Under the pieces are notes generated by a model. The model was given only the letters and a program-made list of their open reading frames with translations. It had not been told where the DNA came from and made no database searches. From positions 1-5,876 of IMG/VR virus record IMGVR_UViG_3300023496_000090: a stretch of DNA of 5,876 nt; one strand, written 5' to 3'. Below, piece by piece: positions 1 through 5,016 of this stretch (positions are counted from its first letter, which is position 1; the number at the start of each line of letters is the position of its first letter). Source of the DNA: a virus. A program made the position numbers and the translations under genes.

Positions 1-55
1 ACTTTTCGCATGATTTCACCTGTTTTTACTATCATGCCTGGTACGTAGTCATCAT
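1..55. repeat. Terminal redundancy, left copy, identical to 5822..5876; marks a circular 5,821-nt genome
   Basis: ACTTTTCGCATGATTTCACCTGTTTTTACTATCATGCCTGGTACGTAGTCATCAT occurs at 1-55 and again, base for base, at 5822-5876. The minus-strand reading frame runs across this junction without a stop. Confidence 0.95.
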
Positions 56-323
56 CATACGTTAGTGTTATAAACCATACTTCTTCCTTCGGATAGTTTC
101 GTGCTTCCAGCTCTATGCGTGTTGTCCAGTCCTCTCGTTGTCTTATTCTGCATCCTATACATTGTCCGCATGGTATTAGCATGACTTTTGGATTATACAT
201 TAAATCTTCATATTTTAGCTGTTTCCCATTTAGCTGTGAAAAGCGGGCGAGTGTATATACTCGTCCGCTTTGCTCTCTGTCATTTGGGTTGTACAGCCTG
301 ATTAATGGCTTGTAACAACTCAT
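1..323 (-). CDS. Replication initiation protein VP4 (HUH rolling-circle endonuclease), N-terminal part; continues at 5821..5125 across the circular junction
   Basis: Hand translation of the minus strand from ATG 323..321 gives [96 protein letters not shown]. This joins in frame to MIVKTGE... of the 5125..5856 ORF. There is an in-frame stop upstream at 335..333. It carries the CGxCxGCR cysteine cluster and RCR motif 1 (FITLTY) typical of microvirus VP4. The ORF track missed it because it runs off the window edge. Confidence 0.9.
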   Translation of the reverse strand, partial: MSCYKPLIRLYNPNDREQSGRVYTLARFSQLNGKQLKYEDLMYNPKVMLIPCGQCIGCRIRQREDWTTRIELEARNYPKEEVWFITLTYDDDYVPGMIVKTGEIMRK

Positions 324-1204
324 CTTAGATAATCACCCGGCTTTCTTTTTTGACCGTAGTTCCCTGTTTTGTCCTGCATTGGGTTGTTCGGTTTGTTTCC
401 TATTTTGTTACTGCCTGCTGCTTTTTTGCTCATTTTATCGGTTTCTTTTTCGATTGTTTCATCTGTTTTGTTTCCGATGTTGGTTAGTGCTTTCTGTAGG
501 CCGTATGGACTTAGATGTGTTTCACTTAGCATCTGATTCCAGCTTTGTGATGCATTATACCAATCTGATTTACTCCAGCTCGTGCTGCTGTATGAGTTTG
601 GAACAAATCCGCCGCTTCTGCTGATTCCTAGTGCGCTGCTGCTTGCTAGTCCCATACTTGCCCCGCTGATTGTTGCTGCTGAGCCTCCCGGTGTGCTCGC
701 TCCACCGTTTGCAAATGCTAGAATTGGGTTTATACCTGCTTTTTTCATGTCTTCAACGGTTCTTTGGTATGCTGTGCTGCTCATTCTTTCTTGGAATTCT
801 CTGTTTGCTAGTGCTTCGGCGCTGTTATAATTCATTGCGGCTGTGTTTTCGATGTGGTTGTAAATGCCTTGTGTGATGGCCTGCATCGTGTTGTATCCCA
901 TCTGTTGCAGCATGCTTTTTTGGTTGTATTTTTGCTGTGCTATGCCTTCTGCACTTTGGTATCCGTATGCTTGTTGCAAATATTTTGCGATTTGTTCATC
1001 GTTTGTTCCTGATTGACTTCCGCTTACAGATGCTCCACCGCCTTGACTTACACTTTCGCCGCTACTTTGACCTTTTCCTTCATTTCCCCAACCGCCGAAA
1101 TTGCCAGCAATGTTTTTTGCGGCGCTTGTTATGCTTCCGATACTTGATGCAACATTGCCAAGTACGTTTACTCCTTTTAGAATTGCTCCCCATGGAATTG
1201 CCAT
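320..1204 (-). CDS. VP2 minor capsid / DNA pilot protein (294 aa)
   Basis: It sits immediately after the capsid gene. It has a hydrophobic N-terminus, a Gly/Ser-rich low-complexity stretch, and the conserved core [31 protein letters not shown] that I recognise from microvirus VP2/pilot proteins. Its TGA stop (322..320) overlaps the VP4 ATG (323..321) as ATGA. Confidence 0.85.
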   Translation of the reverse strand: MAIPWGAILKGVNVLGNVASSIGSITSAAKNIAGNFGGWGNEGKGQSSGESVSQGGGASVSGSQSGTNDEQIAKYLQQAYGYQSAEGIAQQKYNQKSMLQQMGYNTMQAITQGIYNHIENTAAMNYNSAEALANREFQERMSSTAYQRTVEDMKKAGINPILAFANGGASTPGGSAATISGASMGLASSSALGISRSGGFVPNSYSSTSWSKSDWYNASQSWNQMLSETHLSPYGLQKALTNIGNKTDETIEKETDKMSKKAAGSNKIGNKPNNPMQDKTGNYGQKRKPGDYLR

Positions 1205-1212
1205 TTGAAAAT

Positions 1213-1232
1213 AGCCGGGTTTTGGCCCGGCT
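1213..1232 (-). terminator. GC-rich hairpin between VP1 and VP2: candidate partial intrinsic terminator and/or a structure bringing the SD close to the VP2 start
   Basis: The minus strand reads TAA AGAAAGGAGGA AGCCGGG CCAAAA CCCGGCT ATTTTCAA ATG. That is a 7-bp stem (5 G:C, 1 C:G, 1 A:T), a 6-nt loop, then ATTTT. Confidence 0.5.
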
Positions 1233-1243
1233 TCCTCCTTTCT

Positions 1244-2917
1244 TTACAGTTTTTCCAGACCCGGCACGCTATACAGCGGCATGCAGCGAGTTGTTTTGTT
1301 CATTACTCGGATTGCACCGAAGAACTGCGGTTCATTTTGTTCGATTAGTGTCCGTGCGATTTCGGTTTTTCCTTCTTTCATCCATTCTTGGCTGAGTGTT
1401 GGCACGGTGTCGTAGTTGTCCGCATAGTGCCAGAAGTCCAGTGTTCCGTTTGCATTGCTTCGCATTTTGCCGCTTACACGGTTCGGTTTCATGCGATAGT
1501 CTGCCCAAGCTTCCTGATAGCCGAAAATTTCATCATCTGTGCTTTTGCCTGTCAGCATGATTTCCTTCTTCTTTACAGGCTGTTCGCCGATGTTTGCGAA
1601 CTGCGGGAAATAGTAGTCTAATCGGTCGCTTCGGCTCCAAAATCGTTCAAGTCCCTGCTGGTAGCTGTGGTCGTGACGTACACACATAACACCAATTACA
1701 AAGCCGTGTTCCTCAAAGCTCTTTGTAAAGGTACTTTCATTGATAGGAGTTACTGACATTGCGCCAGTTTCGCCGATAGGCGTTCCGTTGTTTGCTCCCT
1801 GGCCGCTGGTCTGTACGATTTGGTTCATGTTGACGTGATACCGTCCACCGCCTAGGTATTCCGGAATCTGAACAGTTTTGTCACTGATGCTTACGCCAAA
1901 CAGCGCCCGCACCTGCTCACGGTATCTGCTGCCGCCACGTGCCAGCGCTTCATAATAGTGCTGAACTGCAAAGGCTTGGCGTAACTGGTTAATTGTTGTG
2001 GCTTCAATGCTTGATAAATTTGCTCCAATGTAGGTTAGCAGCATTTTGTCTCCGAGTGTGTTTTTTCCTACCACTTCGGTTGGCCTTTGTGCTCCTGCTT
2101 CCATTTGGCCGAACTCGTTGTTAAAGTATATGCTTCCAAACCATGGGTCTGTTAGTTTTTCGTCGCTGTATAATTGTACAGGTGCATTTCCGTTTAGTGC
2201 AATTGTCACTTCCGGTCCTCGCTGCGGATACGGTAGGCATGAGCTGAAATAGTCGTGGAATCGGTTTACCGGTAAGCAGTATCCTCCTACGTGTGCGTTT
2301 GCCAAGATTTTTTCTTCTGTTACTTCACTTTCATTTCCACTTCCTGCTCGATATTCTTCGTCTTCGTCTCCGGTGTTTAATACTGCTGGGTTTCCCACAT
2401 TTTGGTCTCTGAAAAATTCATTCCAGATTTTTACGTATGCTCTAATTGGAAGTGCGTTGATTTCGATTCTTCCTGTTTTTCCGGTTTGGATTACTTTTGT
2501 TGGTACGCCCATGTGGTCCAAAATTGTGTTTTCGTCCGGGTATCCTCTTGTAGCTCCCCCTTCTTCATTTTCGATTATGATTTTGGGTACTTTGTATGTT
2601 TTCGTTGGAATCCACGGTGTATCATCTGCTTCGCCCATGAAGCGTTTGAAGTTGTCCCACAGGATACGGTTCGGACAGTAGAAGTAATAGAAGTCGATGT
2701 ATGCATCGTCCATTACAGGATATTTTGGCGTTGTCATTCGGATGATTGCCGCTGTATCCACGTTGAATGTGTCGCCCGGTAATACTTCATCAACGTAAAA
2801 CGGAACCAGCTTGCCTGCATCGAAGGTTGTGAGTATGTTTTGGTCTCGTTTGAAACGTGTTCGGCTTACGTGAGTTTCTGGTACACTGTTAAAGTGTCTC
2901 TCATTATTCCTGTTCAT
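1244..2917 (-). CDS. VP1 major capsid protein (F-protein family, 557 aa)
   Basis: It is the largest ORF. The N-terminus, RHFNSVPETHVSRTRFKRDQNILTTFDAGKLVPFYVDEVLPGDTF, matches the conserved microvirus major-capsid N-terminal signature. The Shine-Dalgarno is AGGAGAAGAAGA-ATG. Confidence 0.95.
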   Translation of the reverse strand: MNRNNERHFNSVPETHVSRTRFKRDQNILTTFDAGKLVPFYVDEVLPGDTFNVDTAAIIRMTTPKYPVMDDAYIDFYYFYCPNRILWDNFKRFMGEADDTPWIPTKTYKVPKIIIENEEGGATRGYPDENTILDHMGVPTKVIQTGKTGRIEINALPIRAYVKIWNEFFRDQNVGNPAVLNTGDEDEEYRAGSGNESEVTEEKILANAHVGGYCLPVNRFHDYFSSCLPYPQRGPEVTIALNGNAPVQLYSDEKLTDPWFGSIYFNNEFGQMEAGAQRPTEVVGKNTLGDKMLLTYIGANLSSIEATTINQLRQAFAVQHYYEALARGGSRYREQVRALFGVSISDKTVQIPEYLGGGRYHVNMNQIVQTSGQGANNGTPIGETGAMSVTPINESTFTKSFEEHGFVIGVMCVRHDHSYQQGLERFWSRSDRLDYYFPQFANIGEQPVKKKEIMLTGKSTDDEIFGYQEAWADYRMKPNRVSGKMRSNANGTLDFWHYADNYDTVPTLSQEWMKEGKTEIARTLIEQNEPQFFGAIRVMNKTTRCMPLYSVPGLEKL

Positions 2918-3299
2918 TCTTCTTCTCCTGTTCCTTTGACTCGTTTGTTGTGCTTTCCTTCATCTGCTGCAGCTTCATCTTGTTGACTTGTGCTGTTGCT
3001 ATCATTGCGTGATACTCGTGAATGTTGGTTGGCCACTCCGTGATGTCTAAGGTTTCGTCTGTTTTTGCGCTGTCCATCAGACTTTTAGCAAACTCTGGGT
3101 CGAAACTTGCTTTTCGGACGATATTTTTAATATCACATTCGTCTGCATAGCTTTCGATTTCTGCTTGAATGTCAATTGGCTCAGTTTCGATTAACTTCTT
3201 TTTGCCTTTTTCGTCTTTGCTCCATACGTATTGTTTTCTCAGTTTTTCGCCTGGATTTGAAAAGAAGGGCTTGCGCCCTTCCTCATATCGTTTATTCAT
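2904..3299 (-). CDS. VP3-like internal scaffolding protein (131 aa, start trimmed from the 191-aa track ORF)
   Basis: The internal ATG at 3299..3297 is preceded by GGGAGGGTAAAGCAC and overlaps the upstream ORF's stop (ATGAATAA). The product MNKRYEEGRKPFF...ESYADECDIKNIVRKASF... contains the ECDI-N-IV motif I associate with gokushovirus-type VP3 scaffolds. The acidic C-terminus overlaps the VP1 start by 14 nt. Confidence 0.7.
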   Translation of the reverse strand: MNKRYEEGRKPFFSNPGEKLRKQYVWSKDEKGKKKLIETEPIDIQAEIESYADECDIKNIVRKASFDPEFAKSLMDSAKTDETLDITEWPTNIHEYHAMIATAQVNKMKLQQMKESTTNESKEQEKKNEQE

Positions 3300-3534
3300 G
3301 TGCTTTACCCTCCCACACTTTCTCCGGTTCGATGCTCTGAAACTCTCCGGTTTCATCGTTGAAGTCTGCGATGTGGTAGCTCTTGTAGTCTTCGGGGCTC
3401 TGTCCAAGGAACGTTTTATTGTCTTCTGCCATAATTTTGCACATTCGTGCGAAGGTTTCGTCGCTCTTGCTCTCGCCAATGTAGCAGTAGCTCTTTGCTA
3501 CGCTGTCGTAGATGCCGTAGTAATTGTGAATCAT
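3292..3534 (-). CDS. Small non-structural protein, VP5/ORF5-like (80 aa)
   Basis: It has a strong SD (TAAAGGAGAAAAAC-ATG). The pattern YGIYDSVAKSY...ETFARM...SPEDYKSYHIADFNDETGEF resembles the conserved YD-K-..Y / PEDY / FD..TG pattern of the small ORF5-type proteins of gokushovirus-like phages. That resemblance is recalled from memory and not searched. Confidence 0.6.
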   Translation of the reverse strand: MIHNYYGIYDSVAKSYCYIGESKSDETFARMCKIMAEDNKTFLGQSPEDYKSYHIADFNDETGEFQSIEPEKVWEGKAHE

Positions 3535-3545
3535 GTTTTTCTCCT

Positions 3546-3647
3546 TTACAGTCGGATGCCGCCCCTCATGGGTTTCTGGCTTAGGTTGATACTCTTCGTT
3601 TTGCGTGCCGTCACGTTGAACATGCGCTTGTCAGTTTTCATCGGCAT
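3546..3647 (-). CDS. Small highly basic protein (33 aa), candidate J/ORF8-like DNA-condensing packaging protein
   Basis: It is absent from the ORF track because it is under 60 aa. Hand translation gives MPMKTDKRMFNVTARKTKSINLSQKPMRGGIRL, with 9 K/R against 1 D. It fills the otherwise empty 120-nt gap between the 73-aa and 80-aa ORFs. The C-terminal RGG-R-hydrophobic ending resembles small basic proteins of SpV4/gokushovirus-type phages. The SD is weak, and the start could instead be the second ATG at 3641. Confidence 0.6.
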   Translation of the reverse strand: MPMKTDKRMFNVTARKTKSINLSQKPMRGGIRL

Positions 3648-3654
3648 TCTCTGT

Positions 3655-3876
3655 CTATGCTTCATTGCTGTACTCCCTTCGGATTAGTTCTAACTGGATG
3701 TCGTTCGCCCATGATTTCATTATCCAGATTCTGTCAATGATTTTATGAGCTTCTTCTATGTCTGAAATTTTCTTCATCAACTTGTATTCGTTTTCGATTT
3801 TGTGGTATAAATTATCCACTTCCAGCCTTAAATCTTTTTCGGTCTGGTCTCTGACGTTCCATGTCTTGTGTAACAT
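3655..3876 (-). CDS. Hypothetical protein (73 aa), predicted helical, no recognisable family
   Basis: The ATG is preceded by AAAGGAGTAAAGACG. It is on the same strand as its neighbours and tightly packed with them. The sequence is rich in charged residues in a heptad-like pattern. Confidence 0.6.
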   Translation of the reverse strand: MLHKTWNVRDQTEKDLRLEVDNLYHKIENEYKLMKKISDIEEAHKIIDRIWIMKSWANDIQLELIRREYSNEA

Positions 3877-3881
3877 CGTCT

Positions 3882-3986
3882 TTACTCCTTTTCCTTTAGG
3901 ATGTGGTAAATCTCGTCCAGCTTCTCAAGTACTTTTTTAATCATCTGGACCGCTTCCCGTAGGTCTTTGACCTTAATCAGTGCCAT
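3882..3986 (-). CDS. Hypothetical small protein (34 aa), amphipathic helix
   Basis: It is absent from the ORF track. The ATG at 3986..3984 lies 3 nt after the peptidase stop, with AAGGGGGTGTAACCA upstream. The TAA at 3884..3882 lies 5 nt before the next ATG. Translation: MALIKVKDLREAVQMIKKVLEKLDEIYHILKEKE. It fills the gap exactly. Confidence 0.5.
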   Translation of the reverse strand: MALIKVKDLREAVQMIKKVLEKLDEIYHILKEKE

Positions 3987-3989
3987 TGG

Positions 3990-4373
3990 TTACACCCCCT
4001 TTCTGTATCGTTCTTCACGTACGTCCACGTGTGTAAAGTTTGTGTATCTGATTACTCCGCCCTGTTCCATGGTACTGTCTGCGTATTTTGCAACTTCTCT
4101 GCTGTTGTGTCCTTTCACTACGATGTCTGCTGCCATTCCTTTGCAGTGGTATGAATTTGGCGCTCCGTTTACTTTGCTGTTCCAGCTTGGTGTTCTGTAT
4201 CCGCTGTTTATGATGACTGGTGCGTTGAAATGGTTTCTGATTTTTTCCAGTGTGTCAAGTAGTTCGGTTGCAATCAGTATTCCATCGGTTTTGTCTTTGC
4301 ATTGAAACTCCTTTGCTTTGAAGTGCTCGCTTACTTTTCCGAAGTCTGCTTTTACATAGTTCACGTGTTTCAT
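3990..4373 (-). CDS. Zinc D,D- or L,D-peptidase of the M15 family (127 aa), putative endolysin
   Basis: It carries the signature SGYRTPSWNSKVNGAPNSYHCKGMAADI...FTHVDV, that is SGYR...N...S-H-x-x-G-x-A-x-D...H-x-D. The expected zinc ligands are H76, D83 and H115. An upstream EF-C motif (KEFQC) is typical of the family. The SD is GGAAAGGAAACCGC-ATG. Confidence 0.85.
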   Translation of the reverse strand: MKHVNYVKADFGKVSEHFKAKEFQCKDKTDGILIATELLDTLEKIRNHFNAPVIINSGYRTPSWNSKVNGAPNSYHCKGMAADIVVKGHNSREVAKYADSTMEQGGVIRYTNFTHVDVREERYRKGV

Positions 4374-4433
4374 GCGGTTTCCTTTCCGTCGTGCGGAGCG
4401 CGGCTATTTTTTTTCATTGTCAGATTAACATAA

Positions 4434-4460
4434 AAACCCGGAGTTGTCAACTCCGGGTTT
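4434..4460 (-). terminator. Rho-independent terminator between the 60-aa ORF and the peptidase gene
   Basis: The minus strand reads AAACCCGGAGTT GAC AACTCCGGGTTT followed by TTATGTT. It is a perfect 12-bp stem with a 3-nt loop running into a 5-T stretch, and it starts 3 nt after the upstream stop codon. Confidence 0.75.
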
Positions 4461-4463
4461 GGT

Positions 4464-4646
4464 TTATTCCTTTTCGGTGAAATACGTTTCTACTAATTCT
4501 ACTTTTCGTAGGCTGTACAGTCCTGGATGCTGGTTTGCGTAGTCTGCTGCTTTTCGTTTTGCACTTTTTGGTTCTTCGTTTAGTATCAGTACCGTGGTCA
4601 TGCTGTCGTCATTTTCAAGTTTTCTGAGTTCGTACGTGTGCTTCAT
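4464..4646 (-). CDS. Hypothetical protein (60 aa; start moved to ATG 4646 from the track's GTG 4655)
   Basis: It is the first gene after the promoter. AGAAAGGAAGGTGCAAAAG-ATG gives good SD spacing for the ATG. The GTG at 4655 lies inside the SD itself. Product: MKHTYELRKLENDDSMTTVLILNEEPKSAKRKAADYANQHPGLYSLRKVELVETYFTEKE. I recognise no family. Confidence 0.55.
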   Translation of the reverse strand: MKHTYELRKLENDDSMTTVLILNEEPKSAKRKAADYANQHPGLYSLRKVELVETYFTEKE

Positions 4647-4673
4647 CTTTTGCACCTTCCTTTCTCTGATTAT

Positions 4674-4702
4674 ATTTTATCATATTTTTCTGATTTTGTC
4701 AA
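4674..4702 (-). promoter_or_regulatory. Near-consensus sigma70/sigmaA-type promoter driving the minus-strand gene train
   Basis: The minus strand reads TTGACA (4702..4697), then a 17-nt spacer AAATCAGAAAAATATGA, then TAAAAT (4679..4674). The spacer ends in TGA, giving an extended -10 (TGnTAAAAT). It lies about 30 nt upstream of the first SD/ATG. Confidence 0.7.
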
Positions 4703-4731
4703 GATTTTTTTAGAAGAATTTTTCATTATAT

Positions 4732-4778
4732 GGCCGCTGTTGCGCGCTACGCGGCGCAACTTTCAGCGAAGCGCGGCC
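4732..4778. other. G+C-rich nested inverted repeats (structured ssDNA element)
   Basis: GGCCGC (4732-4737) pairs with GCGGCC (4773-4778). An inner hairpin pairs GTTGCGC (4739-4745) with GCGCAAC (4754-4760) around an 8-nt loop. The block is embedded in A+T-rich non-coding DNA. Confidence 0.6.
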
Positions 4779-4813
4779 GTAGCTTTCCCGTTCGATTCCG
4801 GATTGCTTCTATT

Positions 4814-4980
4814 AGTTTTCAACATTTTCAACATAGTTTTCAACATTTCAACATTGTTAAACTTTAACACAACAGAGTGTTTCAACTTTTCAACAAGTTT
4901 TCAACATAGTTTTCAACATACAATTATCCTTATTTATCACGTGATAACGTAGAATTATTCATACTTTCAACTTTTCCACA
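4814..4980 (+). repeat. Same-orientation array of TTTTCAACA(T) repeats (iteron-like, DnaA-box-like), ending in a TTTTCCACA box
   Basis: Exact TTTTCAACA occurs at 4816, 4825, 4837, 4887, 4898 and 4910. The 12-mer AGTTTTCAACAT occurs at 4814, 4835, 4896 and 4908. Degenerate copies are ATTTCAACA at 4845, TTTAACACA at 4863, GTTTCAACT at 4879 and CTTTCAACT at 4964. TTTTCCACA lies at 4972-4980. Spacing within the clusters is 9-12 nt. Confidence 0.9.
4934..4947. promoter_or_regulatory. Perfect 14-bp palindrome TTATCACGTGATAA (candidate dimeric-protein operator)
   Basis: The sequence equals its own reverse complement. It is located inside the repeat array region of the intergenic region. Confidence 0.5.
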
Positions 4981-4985
4981 TACCC

Positions 4986-5000
4986 TACTACTACTACTAC
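4986..5000. repeat. (TAC)5 trinucleotide microsatellite
   Basis: TACTACTACTACTAC, read directly from the sequence; it is non-coding. Confidence 0.9.
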
Positions 5001-5016
5001 AACAAGTTATATTATA

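Noticed and set aside
937-1395. Plus-strand ORFs from the track: 115..315, 379..624, 582..830, 670..876, 937..1395, 1388..1621, 2046..2252, 2373..2681, 2402..2782, 3169..3687, 3758..3940, 3967..4305, 5271..5459, 5517..5702
   Set aside because: All lie antisense to well-supported minus-strand genes. Their translations are Phe/Leu/Cys/Val-rich low-complexity strings, as expected from reading the T-rich complement of purine-rich coding DNA. I saw no convincing SDs, and known Microviridae code on one strand only.
2904-3479. Full 191-aa version of the VP3-like ORF
   Set aside because: The upstream 60 codons would overlap the well-supported 80-aa gene by about 180 nt and give an Arg/Thr/Ser-rich, unstructured-looking extension. 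The internal ATG at 3299 has a strong SD and a classic stop/start overlap, so the 131-aa form was called.
4370-4417. 15-codon leader mini-ORF (MKKNSRAPHDGKETA) called as a gene
   Set aside because: It is too short and has no SD of its own, so it was not listed as a CDS. It is mentioned only as a possible coupling element in the peptidase finding.
4647-4655. GTG start at 4655 for the first gene (63-aa version)
   Set aside because: The GTG lies inside the purine-rich SD (GGAAGGTG). The ATG at 4646 is 8 nt downstream of that SD, which is the optimal spacing.
4732-4778. tRNA or small structured RNA gene in the G+C-rich block
   Set aside because: Only about 47 nt of nested stems are present. There is no cloverleaf geometry and no conserved T-loop or D-loop sequence. 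It lies upstream of the promoter with respect to the coding strand.
4638-4952. 104-aa plus-strand ORF spanning the intergenic repeat array
   Set aside because: It starts at a GTG inside the antisense of the 60-aa gene and has no SD. Its protein is simply the repeats read as FNIFNIVFNI. The region is better explained as non-coding regulatory DNA.
4937-4965. dif-like XerC/D site (TCACGTGATAA CGTAGAA TTATTCATACT), which could mediate Xer-dependent integration as reported for some microvirus prophages
   Set aside because: The right arm matches 8 of 11 positions of the Bacillus-type TTATGTAAACT arm. However, the central region would be 7 nt rather than 6, and the left arm is a poor match. GTGCGCA at 5021-5027 shares a 7-mer with the E. 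coli dif XerC arm, but the downstream sequence does not align. This is not enough to call.
4814-4980. CRISPR array interpretation of the short repeats
   Set aside because: The repeat units are only 9-12 nt and are directly abutting or 0-3 nt apart, with no unique spacers of 25-40 nt. No cas genes are present.
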